From positions 1 through 43,980 of the forward strand of contig MU626421.1 of the NCBI GenBank assembly GCA_025603075.1: DNA of 43,980 bases, in the 5' to 3' direction. Positions 10,707 to 22,922 of the stretch are shown here, piece after piece. This DNA is from Neoconidiobolus thromboides FSU 785. Lineage: Eukaryota; Fungi; Entomophthoromycota. The position numbers and the translations under genes were made by a program. Positions within the stretch are counted from its first letter, which is position 1. The number at the start of each line of letters is the position of its first letter. The notes under the pieces were generated by a model, which saw only the letters and a program-made list of their open reading frames with translations, was not told where the DNA came from and searched no databases.

Positions 10707-13331
10707 ATGAGTTTTGATAGTGAAAATCCACCGCATGTCCAATTTATATTGTTAGCAGAATTTGATATTGGTAAAGGAGCATCTTTAGCTCATCAATATC
10801 CTTATAAAACAGGAATGGATGAACAGTAATTTTTTTCGAATATTTACGATTGATTTATTTGATGGCTTTAAAGCGTTTTAGCGGAAATGATGTTGCCAGA
10901 TGGTGTCCATCAAAGAGCCGAAGATTGGACTATTTTTTTTTTAAATCCAAATAAAGACTATGGTGCTCATAGATCCCCATATTCTGAAGACACATCGTCT
11001 CCAAAGGAACTTTTATATGTATTATCCTTGGTTATTACAAAATATGATAGAGAAGCATTAAGGTAAAAATGCAATTGTTTAAATTATTGATAATTTAACT
11101 ATTTTTTAGAGGGGCACATGTGAAAGCTATGGCAATTTGTACAAAGCATCGATATTTGCATATCTATAAAGTAAGTAGTTTCTCAAATCTGAAAAACTAT
11201 CTAATATCTTATTTAGCCAGTATTGTTGTTAGCACTTGAAAACTATTTTAAAAAACCGAGTGTGCAGGTATTAGGATCACTCTATAATGCAGTTAATTGT
11301 ATGGATGTGTCGTTAATGCCCAAATTCAATATCTTTGAAAAAATGATATTAAGGGCGTCAGAAGATCGAGAAATGTTTGAAGAAAAATTTATAGCTATGG
11401 AAGAAAATGCGCATTTAGTAAAAGAAATTCAATCGTTATCGATGATGAAATCACCTTCTTCTTCTTCGGCTGGGGAAGAATTTAGTGATATTGAATCAAA
11501 AAGAAGTAGTAAAAATATTAAAAAAAGACAAACTTTTATTGATTTATCTTCCGGCTTACGTAAAGAAATTCCAGCCACTTCAAAAAATAAAGATCGCCAT
11601 TTTTTTGAGACGGCAGTCGATTACGAAAATGTAATTATTCCAATTAGAGTGCCATTGACTATATTTTCAGAAGAAGTTGGAGACGTAAGTTTCTACAAGA
11701 ATTTCACTAATATTTATAATATTATATTGTTGTTTAGTTTTCAATGATTAATTTAATTAATACCTTTGCCAATTCACCAGTTAGTCCCCACCCTTTTCAT
11801 CCTCATTTAGATACTCATGGCTCAAACACTCATCCAATTATATTATTACTCAATGCTTTATTGACAGAAAAAAGAATTATTTTTCTTGGCCATGGTTTAC
11901 CATCAGGTAAAGTAGCCAATTATGTATTAGCTGCATGTGCCATGGGATCTGGATGTGGTATTGTACTTAAAGGATTTTTAGAAAGAGCATTTCCATATAC
12001 TTCGTTATCAGATATAGAGTCTCTTTTGAAATTGTAATTATTTATAAATTATATTTCAATCCTTTTTAATATAATTAAATTAGCCGTGGTTTTATTGCTG
12101 GAGTAGCTAATCCAACATTTGAAGGACATCCAAAATGGTGGGATGTACTATGTAATATATCAACAAAAAAGATAACGATCAGCCCCTATATTAATAGTGC
12201 TGAAAAAGTGGATTACAATATTCAAACATTTACTGAAAATTCAATGGTGAATAATCAAGGTTCAATGGAAGGTGGAACGTCACCATCTAATTCAGAGTTG
12301 GCTGGTAATAGAAGATCTTCTACATCAACTAATAATTCTAATCCAGGTTCGAATGTTATATCAAATCAAAATGCATCCAATTTACATAAACAAAGTGGTG
12401 AAAAATGGGATAATTTAGATAATGATTTTATTCATGATGTAACATTATATTATATAAATAATAAATAAATAATCATTAACCATTATTTAGGTTATGCAAG
12501 CCATTAATTCTCATTATGGAGAATTATCCATTCGAGCCAAATTTATTGATTATGTACAACGATTTGTAGATATAGCTGCGTTATATGAAGAAGAAACACT
12601 ATCATCTGGAACAAAAATCGGTATAACAGCTATAAATACACCAGATCCAACAGGAGGACAATTGGGGTATGGGGTTGTATTTAATGATGATAGTAGTCGA
12701 ATGAGAGAAATAGTTGGTAATATACCACGAATTGAAGGATGGAAAAAGAGTAAATCATATCGATATTATCTAAAAGATTTTCAAAACAAATTAAATTCGA
12801 GGGCTATTTGTAATATTCATATTCAACATCAAATTATTAAATTGAGGAATTTTAAGTTTATTCCAGATAGAGAATTGGAAGCAATTTATAAATCTTTTTT
12901 GGAAAACATTGTCGCTTCCGATCAAATTATTGAAGTAAGTTTTTATTCATTCTATTAAATTTTGGATGTTTATAAATTATTATTAGTTTTTAGCATCAGT
13001 ACCCCAAAATCAAGGTGGATTAACTCCAGTTACAGTTGCCTTATTTCATCCCAATAAAACAATTCGAAATTATACAGTTCAGTTTTTAAATCGAATTGAT
13101 CAACATCAGGTAAAACCAATTAACTTTTTCATATACTTTATCTTTATTGATATTTCATATTAAATTTAGACTGGTACTCGATTTATACAAAACTTAAATT
13201 TATTTCATAAATTAGCTTATGAAAGACAATGTTTAGCTTATGAGCCTAATGATGAAAATTTTAAAGTATTAGCACCTTATGTTATGGATAATCCTAAAAC
13301 AGATTTAGGTGAAAGTGTTTTAGGTGGTTGA
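10707..13331 (+). CDS. AFI1: AFI1/MesA-like polarity protein (Afi1 N-terminal DENN-like region plus SPA domain)
   Basis: Nine exons joined by GT-AG introns. N-terminus HVQFILLAEFDIGKGASLAHQYP and LAEMMLPDGVH; SPA-like LLLNALLTEKRIIFLGH...VANYVLAAC; ends ...ESVLGG-TGA at 13331. Confidence 0.85.
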
Positions 13332-13826
13332 TTTTATTTTAATATATTATTTTAATATATTATTTTAATCTTTTATTATTTATCAAATAAACAACTTAAA
13401 TTCAACTAAAATTACTGATCAAAAAATAGCGAATTTTTTTATTTAAAGACTTAAATTGTTGTATTATTTTATCATATTTTGTCGTTAAGGTGATTATTTA
13501 ATATTATAGTTAGTTAAAAAGTTATTCAATAAATAATTTAAACCTATTAGGAACTTTTATGACTTGAGTCATAAAAGGATGTCTCCTATATAATAATATA
13601 ACTAACTAGTCATCGTATTGATTTTTAAGTATAAAAATTGAACAATGTTCAAACAAGTCCATTTGTATAAAGATGAATTAGTATTTTTGCAAAGTACTCC
13701 TTATTTTTCAATTCTGAATGCGTAATTTTACATCAAAATCCAATTCTAAATTCTAGACTATTTATTTGAAATTTTCAATATTCCACTTTTGTTTTTTCAA
13801 CTTGTAAAGTGCTAATAATTAAGATC

Positions 13827-15398
13827 ATGAATCCAAGTGAACGAAGAGAATTAGAAAATCAACTACCAATGCAATATAAAATCTTATTAGAAACGTTACG
13901 AGATTTTAATAAAAAGAATCTTGCTGAAAACCGACCGGATATACGAGGCTTAACAGGAGAAGTAGAAGAACCATTTACTTTATTAGATGATACTTATAAC
14001 TTACCGGAAGACTTTTATCTCAAAGATAGTTTTGGGGTCATGAAATCAGAGCCTAGACATATTACATTAAGAAAAGCGAGTTTAAAAGAGATTAATTTAT
14101 TTACCAAATTTTCCAATAAAAAATCAAAAAGAGAATTTCAAATTGATGATCTAGCAGGAGAATATTCTTATGATGAGTCATATAGTCATTTATTTTTTGA
14201 TGATGTCAATCCAAAAGATGAAAATTATACTAGAAATTTGCATTTATCTAAAGGTCAAGATAAGTTTGAAGTGATCAATCAAAATTTTATAAAATGTGAA
14301 ATATCGTTTATTTCTTATTTTAATAGATTAGCTAAGTTTGTTAATTTGACCGAATTGACTGAAGAAAAGAAATTAGTTAAAGAAATCAGGGATACTTACT
14401 ACAAAAGAGTTGAGAATTTTAATACTATAAATCAAGTAATTAAAACAGCTAAACAAAGGTATGAGGGCATTCAAAAGGAAGTAGAAGAAGTTGTTAACAT
14501 TAATGAAGAAAGTAAAAAATTGGAACAAGAAATTAAAAGTATTACTTTAGATATTTATGATATTGAAAAACAAGAGGAATTTTTTGATCAAGAAATACCT
14601 ATTGTTGAAGAACAGGTTCTTCAATTATTAGAACGATATAAAGATATTGATATACCAATAGAAGAATTAATAATAGACCAGGATTATATAAGATATTATG
14701 AAGTAAAACAAAAATTAGAATTGGAATATCAACAACTTGAAGATATGGAAAGAAAAAAGAAAGATATTCAAGAATTAAGTAATCAAATGCCTGATGGTTA
14801 TCGGTGGCATTGTTTTCCATCCGATCCCAATATGAAAGGAGTTTGTGATGTTTATAATTGTATATTTTTTGAAGAAGAGAAGGAAATAAGTTTTGAAAAG
14901 AAAAGTAGAACACATCAACAAAAGCTAAAAGAAAGATGGGGTTATTTAATGGACCAAATTGAAGATTTTATTCAATTTATTGATCAATTTGATGAAGTTA
15001 ATCATGAACTTAGCTATAAGTAAGTAACTTTATTTTATTATTATCAATTACTTTTAATGATAATTTATTTATTTATTTTGTATAGAAAATTTGAAAAACA
15101 ATTTTTACAAAAAATTGGACTGGAATCAGATTTTAATAATAACATTCGTAAATATCATGGTAAATTAATGGCTGAAGCACTGAAAGCATTATTTAATAAT
15201 AATAATAATAATAATAATAGTAATAATAATAAGAATAATGATAATGTTACATTAGATACTTTGGAAGATCAAATTACAAAAGTATATAATGCTAGTGGAG
15301 TTGAGGTTGAACATATTTTAAATGAATTAAAGAAAATAGGAGTAATTACAATTGATCGTAAAACAAGGGTAGTTAAATTAACGAAACAATATGAATAA
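13827..15398 (+). CDS. Uncharacterised coiled-coil protein with poly-Asn tract and possible C-terminal winged-helix-like domain
   Basis: ATG at 13827; exon 1 ends 15019, intron 15020-15085 (GTAAGT...TATAG), exon 2 15086-15398 in frame. E/K/Q-rich heptad region in the middle; family not recognised. Confidence 0.8.
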
Positions 15399-15455
15399 AT
15401 TTTCATTTTTAACTCATTTTAATGAATTTTACATTTTGTTATTTATTTCAATATA

Positions 15456-17019
15456 TTAAGAAATAGTAACGATAATTTTACCAATATTTTGTGCTTTTTC
15501 CATATAATCATGGGCATCTTGAATTGAATTCCAATCAAATGTTTTACTAACTAATATTTTTAACTCTCCATTTTCCACTGCTTTAAAGATATTATCTTTT
15601 TTAATTAAATCACATAAACTAGCTTGATATTCAACCGTACGACTTCTTAAAGTACTACCCTCAACCTAAAAATTTCATTAAATCCAATTGAATAAAAGTG
15701 CTATTAAATTATTTATAATATTTACAGTTACTCTCTTTCTCAATAAACTACCAATATCAGCCTCGGGTACTTTAAAACCTAACAAATATTTAGTAACTAG
15801 CTATATATTATCCTCATAATAATAGATCAACAATACCTGACATTAATCCTAACATCACCATTTTACCATCTAATTTTAATGAGGCCATATTTTGATTCCA
15901 ATAATTGGCACCAATGAAATCAATGATTAAATCTACTCCTTTATTATCCGTATTTTTAAGAATCTATTAGAAACAATAGAATACTTAAGTAAAAAGTGAA
16001 CACAATTATTAATAAAACCTTACCACTTCATCGAATTTTTCATTCTTGTAATTGATACCAATATCAGCACCTAACTCAGTGCAAAATTTTACTTTATCAT
16101 CCGTGCCAGCAGTAAAAAAGATATGTTCACTATAACGTTATTGAATTCTATTATTTGATTCTACTAAGTAAATTATAAGTTATTCTTACGCCCCTGCTCT
16201 TTTTGCTAATTGAATTAATGTAGTACCAACACCAGATGCACCCGCATGAATAAGGATACTTTGACCTACATACAAAAGATATGTTTAATTTTTAATCCTT
16301 GATTTAATCATATTCTTAATTATCAATTTTTTACCTTTTTTGAATTTTCCAATATAATGTAAAGCTTGATAGGCAGTGATATAAGCCTAATGAATAGATT
16401 ATAAGATTATTTTTTTAGAAACCATTCTATAATTTCTAGTTATTACCTCTGGAAATCCGGCTGCTTGTTCAAAACTAACATTATCTGATAATTTAAAGGC
16501 TAATGAATGGTGGATAACAGCATACTATTTATACATATACTACATCAAAAAAAAACATATTTCCTTATAAAAGACTTATTACCTCTGCATAAGCACCGCC
16601 TGGCATAAGTCCACATACCCTATCACCAGATTTAAAATCAGTTACTTAAAAAATATTAATAAAATATTAGTAAAATTACTAGAATTTTACCTTCACTACC
16701 AACTTCGGTAATAACACCTGATATTTCAACACCAATGATAGGACTAGCTCCTTTTGGTACTGGATATTTACCTTCTCTTTGTAATATATCCATTCTGTTT
16801 AGACCAAAGGAATGGACCTATTAGTCAATTAATGTTATATTCATATAATTATAACAATAGTTAATTACTTTGACTAATATTTCATCTTTCTTTGGTTTTG
16901 GTAATTCAGCTTCCCCAATATATAAGTTTTCTTTTGGACCTATTTGAAATTATAAGTATTGAAGTATCGGATGCCTTGATAGTAAAGCTACCTGGTTTGG
17001 TGGTTAAAATGGCTTTCAT
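15456..17019 (-). CDS. NAD(P)H:quinone oxidoreductase, PIG3/zeta-crystallin-like (MDR family)
   Basis: Eleven small exons, absent from the ORF track: [58 protein letters not shown] (nucleotide binding), [19 protein letters not shown]; stop TAA at 15456-15458. Confidence 0.93.
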
Positions 17020-17106
17020 TTTTATTATTATTTTTTATAAAAGGTTATGTGTTTTTAATCAGCACGTATTTATAGTGATTTATCTTTTGCATTATTAATT
17101 CAATAA

Positions 17107-17114
17107 TGACGTCA
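17107..17114. promoter_or_regulatory. Perfect CRE/ATF palindrome TGACGTCA
   Basis: 88 bp upstream of the oxidoreductase ATG, inside a divergent promoter. Function inferred from the motif only. Confidence 0.4.
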
Positions 17115-17440
17115 ATTGGAAATTAGTAATTTCATTGCTATTATTTTGGATACTATTGCTTGTTTTTTTGTATTTATTATTGAAGCTTTATTTAGTAAAT
17201 ATTTCATTTGACAGCTTCTTTTTAAACAAACAAAAGCAAACATTGGATTTATTAATAATTATACTATAGTTTACAATAATCAAAGTTATGATAGGATTTA
17301 TTTTGTTTATATTTTTAAAAGCAACTTTGTAAAATAACTTTTTGCTATTTCTAGAGCAAAATTTTAACATAAAATAATGCAAAAGCTTCAACCAAAGTTT
17401 AACACTTTTTGAAAACAGCAACCCAAACTTAACTTTAACT

Positions 17441-17797
17441 ATGGGAAAATCAGCCAAATTTTTTAAGCGCCCAAATAAGAAGGAAAAGGAATATATAAAG
17501 ATCCAAAAAGAGGCTAATAAGTTATCAGAACCTATAGTTAATGAAGAAGAGGAGGAATCAATCGTTAATAGTACCAACATTAGTAAGGTAGAAAAAAATA
17601 TTCAACAAGAACCAAATATTAAGAAAGTGGTGCCTAAAAAAGATAACAATGATAAAAAAATAGAGACCAAAAAAGGATTCCATCCTTATAAAGTCGAGAA
17701 TAAGAAGAAGAAAAATACCGGAAAAATATTAGAAGGAAGACCTGATTACGTTGATCTTATGTTTGGTAGAACTAAATCTAAAAAGAAATTACAATAA
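17441..17797 (+). CDS. Small Lys-rich protein of unknown function (118 aa)
   Basis: Intronless ATG-to-TAA ORF MGKSAKFFKRP...RPDYVDLMFGR, divergent from the oxidoreductase; highly basic, plausibly nucleolar. Confidence 0.8.
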   Translation: MGKSAKFFKRPNKKEKEYIKIQKEANKLSEPIVNEEEEESIVNSTNISKVEKNIQQEPNIKKVVPKKDNNDKKIETKKGFHPYKVENKKKKNTGKILEGRPDYVDLMFGRTKSKKKLQ

Positions 17798-18159
17798 TTA
17801 TAAGAAAAAAATAGAAAACGCATATAGATATATCAGTATAGATACTAATTCTTTGAATAAAGTAAAATGAGAATCATTTGGTATAGATTAAATCTACATT
17901 CTAATTTTATTAATAAATAATTTAGTCAATTAATCTCAATCTCTAATTTTTTAATTTTTCTTATTTCACTTTTGATGAAACATTGAATAAAGTTATAAAT
18001 TTTGCTTTGTTATCGAGTAGTAGATTATAGTTTATACAATTATAAGTCATATTAGTATAGCTTAAATCATTATAATTTATAGTATATAATTGGTCCTAAA
18101 ATTTACAAAGTATAAAATTAAAATTTTAGTCCAACTTATTTAATCTTTTAGATTTTATA

Positions 18160-19696
18160 ATGACTAATGAAATTCAAGCAGTACTCAATCAAATCACCGA
18201 TTTGCAACAAGCACAGCGACGAAGATCATTATATTCTGATCTTACCAGCCAAAAGAGATTAAATCCTACAACTTATGAACGTAATATAAAAATATGGAAG
18301 AAAATAATTTTATCATTGCTAGAACACAGACTTTTAAGTGAGGTAAAATAGATTCAATTAATAATAACAGAAATTAATCTTTATAGGATTGTGCACCTTG
18401 GGTTTTTAACATTGAGAATATTAACTTTAAGCTTTCTTGGAAAGACCCTTACTCTCAATCAGTATCACAACCACTAGGAATATACACAGTTCTGGTAAAT
18501 ATATTTGAAAGAATCAATATTAAAATAGCATATTAATGTTAATTTAGGAGGAATTAATAAAGCAAGGGAAATTGTGCGTACCAGAGCAATACCTGAAAGG
18601 AAATAAATTGTTTTTAACTCAACCCAGCTTTTATCAGAGTACAATAAACAATATAATTGCTAAAATTATGGGCGAAACTGAGATACCTGATTTGAAATCA
18701 CAAAGGAAATTGATAGTAAAGAAATATTTAAAGGAATATACACAACAGTTATTAGATCAATTTCAAAATAGTTGTATCTATTTTTGTACGGATAAATTAT
18801 TAGACTTACTAGAATTTAAACAAAGTTTATTGTTACCAATACTAAAAAAGAAGAACTTGGATTTAACTTTGGATTTAAACAGCACTGATTTACTGATTTT
18901 AGTTATGGGTCTTAAAGAAAGAGGTGTTATGGTTACTGAAAATGACGAACTGGGGTTAGTTCTCAAATTTCCTTCACCTAAAGATATAGTAGCTTATTTA
19001 AATAATGAACAAGCTATCCCCAATACCAATTTTAATCAGATTGACTACAACATTTTGTCTTTAAAGAAGACATACAATTCCTTAAATTCACAAATAACAG
19101 ATTTAGAAGAAAAGATAAATAGCTTAAAGAAACAATGTAAAAAATATTATTCAACTGGTTTAACGACACAAGCGATGTTTTCGTTTAAGCGACTCAATCT
19201 TATTAAAGAAGTATTAAACAAAAGGTCCAATTCTTTTCATTCTATTCACAATATAATACATCAAATACAAAGTTGTGAAACAGATTATCAAATTCATTTA
19301 GCTTATCAAGCTGGTACTGATACTATTAAAAGTATGATCTCAGAGTATGGATTATCTGTTGATAATGTCGAATCGACAATGAATGATTTAAGAGAAGTGC
19401 TGACAGATACAGCTGAGGTTCAAGAAGCAATGCATCAACCATTAATAAATAATGAAGATGATAGTGAGTTAGAAGCTGAGTTGGAAGCTCTTATGAAAGA
19501 AGTGCCTGAAGAAACTCAAACTGTAGAAGCAATTAAGAAGAATAGCAATGATAAAGAAACACAACTATTAACTAATCAATTAAAGGAATTAGCTATTGCA
19601 AATACACCCCTATCTACTTTATCCAATGATAGTCCTACAAGGCCTGTTAAAAGAGTTAAATCAGACTCCCCAGATAAGTTATTGCTCGCTGAATAA
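18160..19696 (+). CDS. CHMP7: CHMP7/Chm7 ESCRT-II/III hybrid protein
   Basis: Three exons with GT-AG introns at about 18343-18387 and 18495-18548. N-terminal LYSDL...NPTTYERNIKIWKKII; C-terminal Snf7-like region (AYQAGTDTIKS, VDNVESTMNDLREV, ELEAELEAL). Confidence 0.9.
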
Positions 19697-20143
19697 TGCC
19701 ACTGGCTTTTTCTTTATTTATGGTTCAATCATTTACTTTTAATATTATTTAAATAAGGAACTTTGCGAATTTGTTTCTATAAAGTATATTGTATATTATT
19801 ATTTAATAAAGTAGTTTGAATAAATTTGTTTTATTCATTTCCTTTGTTTGTTGAAATTTAAAATGAATATTTACTTATAAATAGATAATACCAAAACATA
19901 ATATTTTAAAATTTTGTTATTGAATAGGTACTTTTTGATATACTAATTTGTAACTAATCAATGTCAACGTATTCAACACAATTTAATGTCAATAAAGAAT
20001 AGTATTATAATTATGTTAAAATCTGATAAAAAAATATTAACGTAAACAGCGTCGATATTTTATAGTCAAAATAAATTTGAAATAAAAGCTGAGTATGTAG
20101 CCTAAACTTTATAAAGTATAATATTTAATTTGATATCGATTTT

Positions 20144-20590
20144 TCAGTAAATAACTGAATTTATAGGTTCTGCTTTGATAACTGTTGAAAGTACATCTTT
20201 ATCTTTTTCTTCATTAATTCCACCTAAAATTACCCTAAAAGTTAAATAAATAAATACTCAAACAAGTAATAAAAACAATAAAAATTACACGTTATCACCC
20301 CTAATAATATATAAGCCTAAAGGAGCAATTTCCATAGGTTCTTCTAAAGATAATATTCTCTCCTCACAATCTTGTAAGATTATATTATTCGCTTGATCCG
20401 TTCCAATCAATAGTCCCTATAATTTGAATTTTTTTAAAATTGAGATAGATGTTAAAATCAATAATAATTTACAACTAAATATCTTCCATCAAAAGTTACA
20501 ACGCCCACTTTATCTAGATTATTGTTAGTTAATGAAGAATTTATTATTGTTTATTGATTTACTATTAATGAATTTATTTAAATCAGACAT
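20144..20590 (-). CDS. LSM8: U6 snRNA-associated Sm-like protein LSm8
   Basis: Four exons: MSDLNKFINNKVGVVTFDGRYLVGLLIGTDQANNIILQDCEERILSLEEPMEIAPLGLYIIRGDNVVILGGINEE...AEPINSVIY; Sm1/Sm2 motifs and the LSm8-type LGLYIIRGDN. Confidence 0.9.
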
Positions 20591-21194
20591 ACCAATTAAT
20601 AATACCACTTTGATTTTCAATTTTTATTCGATATTTTATCTCTATTGTCTCATTTTGGAAATCAAGGATTTAGCCAATCAAAGTTAAAACATGTTCATTA
20701 GTATATTAAGTTTATTATATGATCTTAATACTTATTTAAAAAAGTAATGTATTTATGTGAATATAAATTTCATGACATTAGTTAATGTAACCATTAAGAA
20801 AACATGTTCTATTTGGTACTAATGCCCATTGATAACTAACATGTTTTAATTATAAAAAAGTTAAATTAAAAATTGAATATTGAATTATGAATTTTTATTT
20901 ATTGAAATTAAAAAGTTTATAAATAAAATGACTCTTTTAGGATGATGATAATAATAATTTTAATTAATGCTATGAAATCAAGGCTATGGTGCTGTAGTTT
21001 AGGGATTAAAATACGTTTAAAAAATAAATTCAAATCTACCCCAATATCATATCTATAAAAGAATTTAAAAGCATACTTTGATAAATCAAACAAAATACAG
21101 ATGAATCCTTATAATAATGAAGATAAATTTATTCAAAAAAATAACTGTTGAATAAAATCTCATCTAAAAATTAATTCTTTACTTTAAGCTAAAC

Positions 21195-21436
21195 TTAATG
21201 GGATCCAGCTTTTGGGTCATCTAAACAAAAGTATTTAATAAACTTTACAATAAAAAACAAATATAAAAATATTTACAAGTTGGACTACGTGGATCTTTTT
21301 TCCATTCTTCAGTGTTGAGCATTTTATTTTGGATGCTGCTTACGCCATATAAGGTAATAGCCATACCAGCAAAGAAAGGCCAGAAAGGCTTAAATACTGG
21401 AGTTGGCCACATTTTCATACCAAGGAAGGATTTCAT
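21195..21436 (-). CDS. ATP18: Mitochondrial ATP synthase subunit j (i/j)
   Basis: MKSFLGMKMWPTPVFKPFWPFF...EEWKKDPRSPT, one intron, then YDPKAGSH-TAA. PTPVxKPxWPFF and DPR motifs are typical of fungal subunit j. Confidence 0.93.
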
Positions 21437-22922
21437 CTTTATTCGATTCTATTTGAATTATTGAAGATATTAATTTTGTTTATTTTCGAGCATGTTTTTT
21501 AAGTGATTACCTTTTAAAAATTGAAACAGTTACTTTTGAGCTCAACACTTATTGAGGGCTAAAACTTGCTAGGGTTTTATCTGATTATTAAAATACCATA
21601 ACCAATTTTAATCCTAGCCAATTAAAGGTGAACAGCTAGTCAAGTTATTCGTTAATTTTGGAGTTAAGCCTATTTTCATTTGTTTAAAAGGTTCGAAAAA
21701 GCTGGCAACTAGTTTATCAAAGATAACTTTAAACTGATTATAATTTATAAACCCTTTAAATTAGTCATATATTGGCTATTTTTGAAATAAATAAACAATT
21801 AGAGTTGATATTTTATATCCCCGTTTTCTTACTATAAAGCATAGATATCTTACCTATCAAAGCAGCTTTTACGCTTCAATGATCTATTCGTCAAATAGAT
21901 GTAGATATTTTTTCTTTTAGGCCTTAATTAGTGTTTTTTGGAAATCACATGCTTCTTAAGAAGTGAACAATTTTCTGAAAGGGAAATTGTGTATTTTTTA
22001 ACCACTGAAGCTCAATTTATTTGTAAATCCAACATTTATAAAGTATTATATATATTATTCCTCTTTCATAAACACTTATTACATTTTATTTTTTTATCCC
22101 TTATTTTACATTCATAAATAAAAGGCACCTAGAGCCATATGTCTTCAATGTTTTTTCTTAAAATTCTATTTAAAATAATAACTTGTTCATATTAAATTTA
22201 CAGATTAAGTTGAAATAAGATTTAAAATGTATATTTATTAAAATTAAAACTAATTCTAAGAGTTATAAAAGCTAATTTCATAAAGCAGTTTATAGTTGAT
22301 CAAAAGTATATAATGTGATTTTTTATTTAAATCATAATTTTTTATATACTTATTTTTACTCAAGAACGATTAATATATTTGATAGCTATTGTTATTTTAA
22401 AAAAAGTAGCATAACAAATAACCGCTCTTAGTTTTTTCCATTTAACAAAGAGGATTTTGTAAAAACCTTAAAAATAATCAAAAGCATCCAACTGCAAACT
22501 GTTTTAATTTGCAACGACTTTTTCTAGCATAAATCTAGAGGCTATAGTTTCTTTTATATTCGTAAATTCATTAAAAATTTAACTCCAAATTAAAAACAAA
22601 GAAAGGGACATCTAACTGCAAGCTGCTCAATGATTTGCCTGCATAAAAAATAAATAGATTTATTTTCCTGTTACATCACCGTTTCATTGAAATTTAATTG
22701 TTTGGTTTAAAATTTTATTATTGTGATAAGATTTGTTTGAAACAGTTATTGGTTAGCATAATTTCTCCTTTCATTTGTAGCAGTAGTAACCAATTAAAAA
22801 GTGTATTACAACTTGTAATCAATTAAACTCAAATAACTATTTTAATTTATAAATATGAACAGTTAAATTATATAAATTTAAAAAATATCGTTTAAGTTCT
22901 TATTGCCTTTTTACTTAAAAAA

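Noticed and set aside
22905-22914. GCCTTTTTAC, resembling U5 snRNA loop 1
   Set aside because: One T too many, no flanking stem or Sm site, and it lies just upstream of a start codon.
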